From positions 88,731,129 to 88,795,128 of the forward strand of contig NC_068988.1 in the NCBI RefSeq assembly GCF_001194135.2: a stretch of DNA of 64,000 bases, read 5' to 3'. Of the stretch, positions 39,958 through 52,847 are shown one piece after another. The notes under the pieces were generated by a model, which saw only the letters and a program-made list of their open reading frames with translations, had not been told where the DNA came from and ran no database searches. Within the stretch, counting starts at the first letter, position 1. Every line of letters begins with the position of its first letter. A program made the translations under genes and the position numbers. The DNA is from Octopus bimaculoides (taxonomy: Eukaryota).

Positions 39958-40570
39958 TTTAATGATGTTAAAAACAACAATAATGATAAAAGTAACAATT
40001 AAAATGTCTTTTATCGGCTCTAGGGGTTCACACCATTGAGAACAATTAAACAGGACGAAATACAACACAGAAAACGATGGGGTTCACATCGATCAAATGC
40101 AAATCAACAGCCATAAATATTTAACCATATGTATAAATATAGAATTATAAAATATCAGTTACAAAAAAATTCCGCAGTGGTAAGTTTATCCTCCGAGGGC
40201 AATTCGGAGGTAATCTCAAATAAAAAGGCACGAATTACTTTACCGTCTACATGGCATCTAAAGTGACCTCTCCTTGTGTCGTTCCCGACAAGTTAGAAAA
40301 TCATACACATATAGGCTCGTTCAGTTTTGCCACTCTCATCCGAAAATAAACAATAATAATAACAGCATCAACGGGTGTGATATAATTTCAACATGAACAG
40401 GGTTCGAATTCAGATCATAAACGGACGAGACTAAATGCCACTTTACTATTTGTAAACTTACAACAGTTCATTAGCGTTGCTACTGCAATTAAATAGTGCA
40501 TACGTTCAAATTATCAACATACAATATTCATAAAAAATGCAACGATAAATAATAATTGTCAATCTCTTAC

Positions 40571-40909
40571 CTCTCGCTGTATATCACTTCCACCGTTGGT
40601 CAGTACATTATCCGTAGCATCATACATACGTGGGATATGCCTCTTTGGTTTCAACGGAGCCTTCTCTGCCATTTGTATAATTAACACCTGTGACTTACGT
40701 ATATCCAAATGATCCATGTTAATACTCTGCTGCCTGCCCTCATCCCAATCGATAACAGATCGATAACTGTTCACGTCAAACGTGTCCAAGTAACTATTTT
40801 GGCCGTGAGTCGTTTTCCAGTCAATGACGGGTGAATAGGCTCGAATGTCGATCGAATCCCAGGTGCTGCCGTATGTAGCACACTCCATGTCGGTTCTACC
40901 TGTATCCAT
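40571..40909 (-). CDS. probable coding exon of an unidentified host protein with a 24-aa internal repeat
   Basis: 113 open codons run from ATG 40909 (MDTGRTDMECATYG…) to a GAG|GTAAGA donor in phase 0. The repeats DSIDIRAYSPVIDW / DTFDVNSYRSVIDW / DHLDIRKSQV are spaced exactly 24 aa. The two VIDW copies differ only at synonymous third positions. The 5' boundary is uncertain. Confidence 0.6.
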
Positions 40910-42266
40910 ACTACTGGTCACTGGTTCAATTTTCAACCGTTTCGAAGAATATATCCTTACTTCTCTTTATACTTCTACTGTTGTTGGTGTAGGTGATGAT
41001 GATGATGATGATGATGGTGGTGATGTTGTTGCAGCGGTAGTTGTTCTACATCCCACCCAGTAGTAGGGTAAATTAGACACAATACTGTTTCTGATTTTCT
41101 GTATTGGAACTGCATCACAGTCACAAGTGTCGTCTGACTAATGCTTTGAAAAAAATAAAAGCAAAAAAAACAACTGTCAATAGATCGAATCTTAACACTG
41201 TCGATGAGGTAAATTCTTTGCCAAGTGACGTATCATTTATCGATCCGTCTTTCTAGCTGTATATAGGTACTCGTTTACTGTAATCCACTTACAAATGAAT
41301 AGCTACTTTATACAACAATAGGCCATATTGCAGCTGTAGATACGTGCAGCATAAAACTTAAATCATATGTTAAAGTGTATTTGAATCCCTTTATATATAA
41401 ATAAGTGCCACGATGAGTTACCGTTCACTTAGTTCCAATTAGATTTTATATGAGGTTTGTAATACAAGATGGAGTGTAAATGGTCTTACAGTAATAAGTA
41501 TGTAACATGAAGTATTACAGACCGCATTTTATATGAATATCATGGGGAAGGTCAATGATATCAAATCACTAATAGGTACCATAAGATAGTATATTGCATG
41601 TGGTCTGAATTAGGACCTTCTGAATGATATATGGTCTACTTAATTATGAATAGTCACCGTGGGGAAATATCGTCCACCACGCTGTAAAAGTAAAATGTAC
41701 ATGACATACGATTGATTAGTCTATGAATCGGTCCCATGAGGAGATGGTAATACTTTATGTGAATACCGCAGTAAGGTATTACTTACGCTATGTAACTGCC
41801 AATAGGCATCAACTGGGAAAGAAGAGTTCATCTATTTCCAAATAGCTACCATATTATGAAGCGCTTTGCTACATGAAGACCATTATTTATGTTAATTAAA
41901 TTATAATCAAATATGGTTAATTATCATAAGAAGGTTGAGCAAAGATTTCAACAGTGTTCCTTCCGCGGCATTTCTGGGTTTCAGGTTTTTGTATGGGTGT
42001 TTTGCATCATAGAAACAATAAAACAGATCGAATTGTTTCAATTCCAAAACCAGCAAAATTAGGCGAAATTGCAATGAAAATCAGGCGTGTATTTAACAAG
42101 GACACAGTAATGGTAAACATCAGAATAACCAAAGTATTATTTTATATATTCCCATGAAATTATGTGTTTATTGGCCGTACTAACGATATACAAATCCAAA
42201 ATCTACTGCAGGTTTTGTTATCTGACAGAAGTGTTTAAAATTGGCACCACCAACTCAGAAGCTCGA

Positions 42267-42356
<90 letters not shown>

Positions 42357-43120
42357 TAATGGAATTAAGTTATTTATAGGGCCTCAATTACGGTAAAGTG
42401 ACTTGTGCTTTTTGCATAGAAAACAAAATCAATCGGTATCCTATCTTCAACATGCCTATGTGAGTGAGAATCCGAAAGTTCCGCCACAAGTAATAAATTT
42501 GTAAATCTGCACTAAAGAAAGTTATAAACGGGCAACAACAAGTAGTTCTTAAATCGCCGCAAGTTCATATTCTTCACGAAGAATAAAGTAAGCACTTCAG
42601 AAAGCTGTATTACAAGGAGGGATTCTTGGTCATCCATTCAGTTAACAATTGAAAGCTATAGATTATATATTCCAGAAGTGTAGCAACAAATTCTAACGTG
42701 TCACTTTATAGGTTTCCATACATCCATGAATTAATATATTCCATCCAGTGAACTGTTCGCAAATATACATTCCGATCGTAGTTTATATAATTACAGAGAA
42801 TATATGTGTACGGGATAAGATGGTTGCGTATGCATATATAAAGTGGTAATTACAGGAATGTATATATATATACACACACACACAATTGATAATATATATG
42901 TGGGAGTGTGTATCAGGATTTATATGCATATGTGTGTGTACAGGTGTGTTTTAGCATGAATGGGTTACGATGTGATAACGTATGTTTGGTATGGGTTTTT
43001 CTGTGTATGCTTTATAATGTAAGCAAGGGTGTAATTTTAGATATTAACACCTTTCTTAGTGGGATATGTATAGGATTAGCAGAGTAATTTTGTATCACCA
43101 TCACAAATGTGTGTCCCCCC

Positions 43121-43192
<72 letters not shown>

Positions 43193-43326
43193 ATATGCAT
43201 AATGTAAGTGTATATGTATCTATGTATATGTCTATATGTATACAGACATGCATAAATGACGAGAAAGAGAAAGGAAGAAAGATGTTAACATGTGTCTTTG
43301 TCTATGTATGTATTTATGAATGTATG

Positions 43327-43357
<31 letters not shown>

Positions 43358-43362
43358 ATGTT

Positions 43363-43442
<80 letters not shown>

Positions 43443-44533
43443 TGTGTGCGCACGTGCGTGTGTGTATAAATGAAATTCAGCGTGAAAGAGCGAAAAATAT
43501 ATAGCAGTATATGAAAGATAAAGTAAAGAAAGAGAGAAAATAGGTGATAGAGAGAGGGGGTGAGGACGAGAGAAAGAAAGAGAGAGGGAAAGAGAGATGG
43601 GTAAAAGGCAGAGACTATGAAGAAAAAAGAAAAGAGGCAGCTAAATAAAGGTGAAAGAATGAATATTAAATATATAAAGGGAGGCAGATGAAAAGTGAAG
43701 ATGAGGCAGGGAGGTAAAAATTATTACGTGTATAGGAAAGAAAAAATAGTATGACAAAAATTAGTATGTAGATGAAGGGAGAGAAGGAGTAAGAGATAAA
43801 TGGGAAAATAATTTTTTCAAAAAGGAAAAGAGGGTAGGGAAGAAAGAGAGAAATAGATGTTGATGGCGGTGTAAAATCCACGAAGGGTCCAATAGTATTA
43901 ATGCCCGGTTATGAAAAAAAAAACATGCGTGATCCAGGCCTCCCTCGATAAACATGTCTTGCTGTTGGGAATTCCTTGCAAACACTCAACTAACATACTT
44001 TGTGAAACGACACCCAATAACAGTAGCAGAAAGAGCGATGATAGTGTTGTTGTTGTTGATGTAGTTGTTGTTGTTGTTATTGGTGGTGAAGGAGGTAGTG
44101 GTTCAGTGGGGATGATAGTTTGGGTGGATAATGAAACGTTTGTGTCGAGGGAACAACAACAGGTAGATAGATGTTTTAAAGTGGTTTGGGAAAATGTATG
44201 TTATTTCATTGTTTGATAATGCTTTGAAGAAAAAAAAATGGTGAGGAACAAACTACAAAAGGGGAGATGTTCTTTAAAAGCACCTACTCACACGCGAATA
44301 CATATAAGCATTCACAAGCACGCATACAGACACACACACATATGTATATACATATATATATATGTAGACAGAGACATGCACACACAAAACGTCAGATGTG
44401 TATAAAGAAAAGTTTAATAGCACTTGCATAAGGTTGATAGAAGAAAAAATAACACGATGTGTTAAGCAATTTGTCATATTTAAATGTATGTGTGCACGTG
44501 TGTTTTTGTGGGTGTAGGCATATATTTAGATAC

Positions 44534-44572
<39 letters not shown>

Positions 44573-45453
44573 NNNNNNNNNNNNNNNNNNNNNNNNNNNN
44601 NNNNNNNNNNNNNNNNNNNNNNNNNNNNNNNNNNNNNNNNNNNNNNNNNNNNNNNNNNNNNNNNNNNNNNNNNNNNNNNNNNNNNNNNNNNNNNNNNNNN
44701 NNNNNNNNNNNNNNNNNNNNNNNNNNNNNNNNNNNNNNNNNNNNNNNNNNNNNNNNNNNNNNNNNNNNNNNNNNNNNNNNNNNNNNNNNNNNNNNNNNNN
44801 NNNNNNNNNNNNNNNNNNNNNNNNNNNNNNNNNNNNNNNNNNNNNNNNNNNNNNNNNNNNNNNNNNNNNNNNNNNNNNNNNNNNNNNNNNNNNNNNNNNN
44901 NNNNNNNNNNNNNNNNNNNNNNNNNNNNNNNNNNNNNNNNNNNNNNNNNNNNNNNNNNNNNNNNNNNNNNNNNNNNNNNNNNNNNNNNNNNNNNNNNNNN
45001 NNNNNNNNNNNNNNNNNNNNNNNNNNNNNNNNNNNNNNNNNNNNNNNNNNNNNNNNNNNNNNNNNNNNNNNNNNNNNNNNNNNNNNNNNNNNNNNNNNNN
45101 NNNNNNNNNNNNNNNNNNNNNNNNNNNNNNNNNNNNNNNNNNNNNNNNNNNNNNNNNNNNNNNNNNNNNNNNNNNNNNNNNNNNNNNNNNNNNNNNNNNN
45201 NNNNNNNNNNNNNNNNNNNNNNNNNNNNNNNNNNNNNNNNNNNNNNNNNNNNNNNNNNNNNNNNNNNNNNNNNNNNNNNNNNNNNNNNNNNNNNNNNNNN
45301 NNNNNNNNNNNNNNNNNNNNNNNNNNNNNNNNNNNNNNNNNNNNNNNNNNNNNNNNNNNNNNNNNNNNNNNNNNNNNNNNNNNNNNNNNATATATGCAGA
45401 AATACATGCATACATACATGCATACATACAATACATACGTATGTTTCTATGTA

Positions 45454-45505
<52 letters not shown>

Positions 45506-46509
45506 CTTATATGACAGAGAAAGTCAGACAGAGGGAGAAGAAAAAGGAGAGTGAGAGAGAGAGAGACAGAGAGTCAGGTAGACACAGAGAAAGTATTGGA
45601 AGTCATTAGATATGTTTACGGTTAGTAGTGAATTGACAGATAATGAGTTCAATACCCATTGATTCTATAGCTTTCAATTGTCGTGCAATGATGGGTGAAG
45701 TAGCAGATGATTGTGGCGGTGGTGCTTGTGACTCTACAGATTTTGGTAAAGGGTAAGAGTAGGGTTGGTTGTTGAGTCGACATATCGTAGAGTAGAGAGT
45801 ATAGATTTAAATGTGAATGAGGAGGTGGGTACAGACAATGTTTGTGTGAAGACTGCAGCAAAACAAAAGACGATGGTTCAACACAATGCATTTCATTAGA
45901 AAGAAATCGACGTGGTTAGGTTTCTGATGACGATGTGGTGATGGTCGTGGTGGTGGTAGTTGTGGTGATGGTGATGGTGATGGCGGTAGTAGTAGAAATG
46001 GCGGCAAATGTTGTCTTATTGTTTTGGTCACAGTGTTGTTGTTGTTGGTGGTGGTGTTTGTGGTGCAGTAGTTATTTTGCAAAGGCAGATTTGTAGAAGT
46101 TGTTCTTTAGTTCTACGTCAGTCATGACTAAGCAATCCCATATAAAAAGTATTCCAATCATGACCATCCCGTCTTTTTACCAATTTGGATTGAATTGAGT
46201 AGTACAATGTCTAATGTGTCGGTTTTTAATATAGCAGAATGTGATTTGATGTGATTAGAACCCGCAATTAGTGGCTTCTGCCTTGGTTATCTGTACAGAT
46301 TGTGTATGGGTATGGCGGGGGTAGAAATACTGTAACTCCTTTAGTATTTTTTACTGTATATGCAGACACGGATGTTAATATTTAACCCTTTTGATAGCAA
46401 CTCCCACCTGTGAAACTGATCCTGTTTCCATGATAAAAAGATTCTCTTTTAAAGTGACCTAATTAAAACCTTCCATCAAAATTTCATGTTAATATATGTT
46501 TCAAATCAT

Positions 46510-47010
46510 TTCCACTAAAGGCACAAGGCCAGAACTTTTTTTCTGCAGGTAGGAGGAATAGTCGATTGCATAGACTCCAGTAGTTCACTGGTACTTAATT
46601 TATTGAACCTGAAATGTTGAAAGGCAAAGTTGATCTCGGTGGTATCCGGACTCAGAACGTAAATACGGACGAAATGTCGTTAAACATTTCGTCCGGTGCG
46701 CTAACGATTCTATCAGCCAACCGCCTTACACAGCCTTAATATCCTTTCTACTAAAGGCACAAGGTTCAATATTTGCGGAGGGAGAAATAGTCGATCACAT
46801 TGACCCCAATATTTCACTGGTAATTAATTTATCGACCCTCAAAAGTTTGTAAGGGAAAGTTGACCCTGAAAGATGAAAGGCAAAGTTGACCCTGAAAGAT
46901 AAAAGGCAAAGTCGACCTCGGTGGAACTTGACTTCAGAACGTAAAGACGAACAAAATGTCGGTAAAAAAATTTTCGCAGCGAGATAACAATTCTGCCAGC
47001 TCGCCGAATT
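46510..47010 (-). mobile_element. two head-to-tail family A SINE copies
   Basis: The tail CTAAAGGCACAAGG occurs at ~46515 and ~46751. The second copy has a local ~26-bp tandem duplication (GAAAGATGAAAGGCAAAGTTGACCCT). Confidence 0.85.
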
Positions 47011-48229
47011 ACACCACCTTTATAATAAGTGTTATTTTTCCTGAATTCTTTATTATTTTCAAAATCAATTGACCCAAACGCAGTGTACCGACACAGAAAT
47101 ATAGAAACAAAACGGTTAAGAAAGAGAGGTTTGAAGTAACACACACTATGATAGTGCTGTTTTCAAAGATGCTAGTGCCTAGGTAAGATTTTGTCGATGA
47201 AAGAGGATTGCGATGGCTGTGAGAGTGACGTTCTTTGTGTTGACGATTGGTAAACCTTATGCCGACCATGGTGACGGCGACACTGGCGACGCTGGTTACG
47301 ATGATACGAATGATGATAACAGTGATGAAAATAATGATAATGAGGTGTTGTTCTTGATTATAATGCGATATTGATGATAATAATGATGATGATTATGATG
47401 TTGCCGAAGAAGAGGCAAAGGAAAACCTCCACAATGCAAGAAATAAAAAACAGACAAAAAAACAAGCAATAAAAGCGTAAGAAAGAAAGGTAGTAATAGG
47501 ACAAGAGGAAGAGAAATAAGAAGAAAAAGAAACATAATGATAAATTATGGTCACTGTATCAGTACTGATTTCGGTATATAACAATTAATAAGTATACTTG
47601 TGTGAACTAGGAAAGTCTCTTTTTACAAAGTTTACAGACGGTGACTGTATGATATACAGAGATCCAGACAAGAAAAATGTGAGAAGAAAAATATATCTAC
47701 AAAAATTGACAGCAAAGTTAGAAATATAAGAAAATTTCCTAACTACATTAACAAAGAGAATAAATCCCATAAATTATCAACCAACCTAATAAGAAACACA
47801 GGTTGATAATTAAAAAAATTGTGGCACAAACGTTATTCATAAAATGGCTGACTTAGAAACTGAGAGAGTATTTTATCATACAATCAAATAATATTGAATA
47901 GCGAATAATTTAGATATATTTATGATCACCATTATTTGATTGACTTGTGTCAGATACTAACCATATCGTTGGTTGCATATTAAATTGATCATTCAATGAA
48001 CACACACGTAGACACACATACGGACAGACGCATACACGGTCATAGTTTAGACAAAACGTCATAAAGATACTACTGGAAAAAATGTCACCCAGGAATATAT
48101 TGCAACTCAAAAACAGATTCTTTCCACAGTCAACAACTCATATTAAAACGCATCGACTCGCAAACAAAATATCAACACTAACAACACAATAAAGGAAAAA
48201 CTCAATTGTTCACTCTCAAATGATATTAC

Positions 48230-48790
48230 AATAAAGAATGAACACGGAAAGAAAGCTATCCCGTAAGTGAGTGCAATACGCTAGCGCAAGAAGAGTGTAT
48301 TTGTTGGCATGACTGTGAAATGAAATGTGTTCATTGTGATGCTTGCCAAGTTGCTCGATTCAAAGTAGCACAAAAGTGGTGAGAACACGAGACGCATAAA
48401 AAATAGCTAGATTTTATGGGATTACTATCTAAAGACTGACCATACTATTGACGCAAGGAAATGAGATATAATTTTAGAGAACACAAAACACAAACAGCAT
48501 CAAATCTTAGATTTGTAATTCCATAATGATAATGTACAGAATATCAAACGAACTGCGGCAGTTTAGAACAATTAGGACGTGGACAGAAAGATGAAGAAAT
48601 TATGGAAGACAAAAATGACAATTATTCCTGTTGGAATTGGTGCACTTAGCACAACATCCGAAATGCTAAGGATTTAAGGAAATTGTAATTGAGATTTACC
48701 CTGTCAATCTGCACAAAAAATATTTTGTTACCATGTAACGAAACGTTTTCGTGATGTCAGGTAACTCATTGTCACACAACCTCGGTATAG
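48230..48790 (+). pseudogene. R4/Dong-like retrotransposon 3' remnant
   Basis: Reads SECNTLAQEE…WHD, KW*EHE, WDY…TDHTIDARK*DII and KKLWKTKMTIIPVGIGALST, the CCHC/REL endonuclease region with stops. Confidence 0.7.
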
Positions 48791-49018
48791 TATCTCTTCT
48801 AGTTAAATTAACATATAATAGCTTTTTTATTATAAATGATAACGTTTCCAAATTTTATAACAAAATTGTCAATTTCAGGGAAGATGATTAGTCGATTAAA
48901 TCGACCCCCAATGTACAGTTGGCACTTATTATCACGATCCTAGTGGCATTTGATGATAATGATGAGGATAACGAAGCCGATGACGACTTCCATTTTCCAA
49001 CTACTGTCACTGCTACTA

Positions 49019-49089
<71 letters not shown>

Positions 49090-49686
49090 GCCGCCGCCGC
49101 CGCCATCACCACCACCACCAACGGTTTCAAATTTTGGCACAAAGCCAACAACTTCGTGGAAAGCGGAATGAATTACATCGATCCCAGTACTCAACTGATA
49201 CTTATTTAATCGNNNNNNNNNNNNNNNNNNNNNNNNNNNNNNNNNNNNNNNNNNNNNNNNNNNNNNNNNNNNNNNNNNNNNNNNNNNNNNNNNNNNNNNN
49301 NNNNNNNNNNNNNNNNNNNNNNNNNNNNNNNNNNNNNNNNNNNNNNNNNNNNNNNNNNNNNNNNNNNNNNNGACTGGGTACATATTTTATATACACCTCT
49401 AATTGAGGCGAAATATCTCTTATCAAAGAGATGATTCGATGTTTCTAAAATTGAATAAAACAAATAAAATAATGAAGAAAACACAGCTTCTTGCACATGA
49501 TGAACAATAATAATGTCACATATATGGTTTTGTTAAGCAGCATCAATTTTTACAATTCTGTAAATAATAATAATAATAGTATTTTATAAGCTTAAAGCTT
49601 ATAAGCGATCACTGCGCAATGGCAAAAGCAAATAGTCTAAAAATGGGGCATATAAGCCCTCGACAGAACAAAAAGTAGATTTTTCC

Positions 49687-49757
49687 CGTACGCGTGGGGC
49701 TCAAACGCACACCTTTTCGTTAAAGCGACCAAATGTGCTACCGTTACACCAACGCAC
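49687..49757 (-). other. tRNA-like unit 1 inside MITE
   Basis: A-box TGGTGTAACGG, D stem GTGT/GCAC, and an acceptor stem with 6 of 7 pairs. The T-loop is decayed (TTTGAGC). Confidence 0.55.
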
Positions 49758-49871
49758 TAACCTGCTTCTTTTTGTCAGATTTAAGAAGTATAATTAGTTC
49801 ATAGTTGCTTTTGTCAACAAACTTTCCTGCCCTTTCGCTGTGATGGTTTTGCCAGGAAGCGTCGACTTACA

Positions 49872-49935
49872 CGTACGCATGGGGTTCGAACCCACACCTC
49901 TTTGTTTATGCGACCAAGAGTGCTACCGTTACACC
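49872..49935 (-). other. tRNA-like unit 2 inside MITE (5' acceptor strand missing)
   Basis: GGTGTAACGGTAGCAC…GTGGGTTCGAACCCCAT has an intact B-box and T arm. The anticodon-position loop is CGCATAA. Confidence 0.6.
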
Positions 49936-50085
49936 TACTTTTTTTTCTGTCGAGTGCTTATATGCACCATTATTAGACTATATTCTTTAATCATTGCGCA
50001 ATCATTGCTTGTAAGCTTTAAGCTTATAACATATTATTGTTATTATTATTATTATTATTGTTGTTGTTGTTGTTGTTCTTGTATT

Positions 50086-50120
<35 letters not shown>

Positions 50121-51509
50121 GTATACATAGGTGTACATATGTATATATTGGTGCTCTATATTTTTACAGATTATAGTTTATCATCATCCTATTTATTGTG
50201 GCGTAACATTTGTATAAATAAAACGTTTAACTGAGCATATCAAGTTCAATATTATAATCATTGCTGTTACATTTAAATACATCATTTCATTTCGTCGTTA
50301 TTCAATTCCCAGCAACAGGTGCTTAATATGCGGCGCCGGTTTCATATGCCGTATATGTGAGTGTGTACGTGCATATGTGTGTATTTTGAGTATATGTGTG
50401 TGTGTGTGTGCACGCATGTATGTATCTGTGTGTATGTTGGTGTGTGTGTATGTGTGTTTGTGTGTATACCTACACATCTTTGTGTGGATATATGCATATA
50501 CGTATAGCAATTGATCCATTATCAAACATATCCAATTATATTATAATTTGTGTCTTTGTGCTTCCTCGTTCTCAGTGGCTTTTTATCTTTTACTTTCTAT
50601 GAATCACCTTTCTATGCATGGGGACAGACAAAAGTCGTATCTTACTCTGTGCTTTCAACTATTTGGTTCTCTTCACCCTTCTCTCAGTATACTACTTTCA
50701 GTAGATGGGACGACAAATGAAGTCACCAGACACAGACATCTGTACGCCATTGTATTATTACGAAAATAGTTTGTACAGCACAAGTGCCACCTCGGAGTCT
50801 TTGTAATTATCATTTAGTGTCAGGACGAATTGAGATGACTAGCAATGAAATAGAACCGCTAGATTTACATCAGTTTCTCTCACTCTTTGAAAGATGTTGT
50901 GAATACAGCTAGATATACCTCACTCCTAGGTATTTTACTGTTTGGTCTTACAACAATAAACAATTTTGCTTCGTGCCGCCCTGCTGGAATGCTATTACGA
51001 ATGGTAGTTAAGCCACAGAATGGTAGCTGACAGGTGCTACTACTCCAGAAGAGTGAACACTTGGTAACAATAATGGTTAAGTGGTGATTCCACACACCTA
51101 CAAACTCTAGAACTCACGAACCAGAGCCCTCTGCCAATATTAAAGTCATACTCGGGATATACATACATAAACATTCATACAAACATACGTACATACATAC
51201 AGACATCCATACATATTTGTGTGTGTGTGTATATANNNNNNNNNNNNNNNNNNNNNNNNNNNNNNNNNNNNNNNNNNNNNNNNNNNNNNNNNNNNNNNNN
51301 NNNNNNNNNNNNNNNNNNNNNNNNNNNNNNNNNNNNNNNNNNNNNNNNNNNNNNNNNNNNNNNNNNNNNNNNNNNNNNNNNNNNNNNNNNNNNNNNNNNN
51401 NNNNNNNNNNNNNNNNNNNNNNNNNNNNNNNNNNNNNNNNNNNNNNNNNNNNNNNNNNNNNNNNNNNNNNNNNNNNNNNNNNNNNNNNNNNNNNNNNNNN
51501 NNNNNNNNG

Positions 51510-51725
51510 TCTGTTGTTGTACTTGGGGATGGTCATATTGCCAGTTTAGCCAATAAAAACACACGCACTGTATATTTGGTGTTAATTTGCTTCAGCTTTA
51601 TATTACATTAATCTTAATCTTATTTCGGCCAGAGTTCTTTCGTCACACTTCTGTGACCTCATCAGTGGTCCTTTGTTTCCTTCCTTCTTATGTGTGTCTC
51701 ACCTTGCTAACTATCAGCCATTTTG
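51510..51725 (-). mobile_element. Penelope-like terminal fragment (second family)
   Basis: Non-coding segment carrying a hammerhead motif. Its sequence is unrelated to the 29997-30150 fragment outside the catalytic core. Confidence 0.55.
51627..51671 (-). ncRNA. minimal type I hammerhead ribozyme motif
   Basis: Minus strand reads GGACCA CUGAUGA G GUCACA GAAG UGUGAC GAA AG AA CU C UGGCC. Stem II is a perfect 6 bp, stem III is 2 bp, the cleavage triplet is CUC, and stem I is 5 bp with one bulge. Confidence 0.7.
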
Positions 51726-51764
<39 letters not shown>

Positions 51765-52810
51765 TTATGAATAGACGAAAAATATTCATCAGCTGATGCA
51801 TACACTATCACGTGACCCTTTCAAAACACGCACACACATGTATACTCATGTATAAATATAGACTACAGATACGTACACATAAATATACATATAGCAAAAA
51901 TTGGTACCTTGTGCCACTATTTTCTGTATATACAATGAGATGATGATGATGAAGATGATGATGATGATGAAGATGATGATGATGATGAAGATGAAGATGA
52001 TGACGACGACGACCACAACCATGACGGCAACTATTTCGATGATAATGAATCCAGTAGACGAACGATAACAGCGATAAGATGTCTGATATACTGTTAGAAA
52101 AGCCATTGAATCACATTGAAAATATATGAAAACGGAAAGCGTCTGACGTCTGATGGAGACCAAAGTTTTTTCTCTCTCTCTTTTCTTTACCACCGCCCAC
52201 TCTCTATTTCTTTCTATCTATCCATCTTCCAAGCCTTTTGTTACACTCGCCTGTATTCATCCTCGCAATCTTTATACTTCCCGCCTACAATATTTAACAA
52301 TCAATCGCATCTGAGGTAAACAAAGCCCACCAAATCAGTTCTTGTTACTTCGAATTAGCTGTGTTGTGTTATTATCTTTTTTCTTGCCTTTTATACATTT
52401 GAAGCGGTTTCTTTTTAGCTTCATTCAAGATTTTCTTTTACCTCCTTCCTTTAAGTGTCTCTTCATTATTCTATTATATATTAGTCGTCTATGTAAGTGA
52501 AAGTGTGTGGGGGCATATATATGTATATATACACATATATACGTATATATATATNNNNNNNNNNNNNNNNNNNNNNNNNNNNNNNNNNNNNNNNNNNNNN
52601 NNNNNNNNNNNNNNNNNNNNNNNNNNNNNNNNNNNNNNNNNNNNNNNNNNNNNNNNNNNNNNNNNNNNNNNNNNNNNNNNNNNNNNNNNNNNNNNNNNNN
52701 NNNNNNNNNNNNNNNNNNNNNNNNNNNNNNNNNNNNNNNNNNNNNNNNNNNNNNNNNNNNNNNNNNNNNNNNNNNNNNNNNNNNNNNNNNNNNNNNNNNN
52801 NNNNNNNNNN

Positions 52811-52847
<37 letters not shown>

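Larger units (their letters stand above)
49584..50029. mobile_element. MITE-like element with ~95-bp terminal inverted repeats and two internal tRNA-like units
   Basis: 49584-49678 is the imperfect reverse complement of 49935-50029 (TTATAAGCTTAAAGCTTA…GCATATAAGC.CTCGACAGAA…AAAGTAG). No ORF. Confidence 0.85.

Noticed and set aside
40936-40965. GAAG…CTTC-GAAAC hairpin upstream of the candidate exon, hammerhead-like
   Set aside because: No CUGANGA core precedes it.
42645-45681. 18-bp perfect inverted match (ACAATTGAAAGCTATAGA) about 3 kb apart
   Set aside because: It does not extend, has no TSD and encloses no element. It is probably a remnant of a dispersed repeat or chance.
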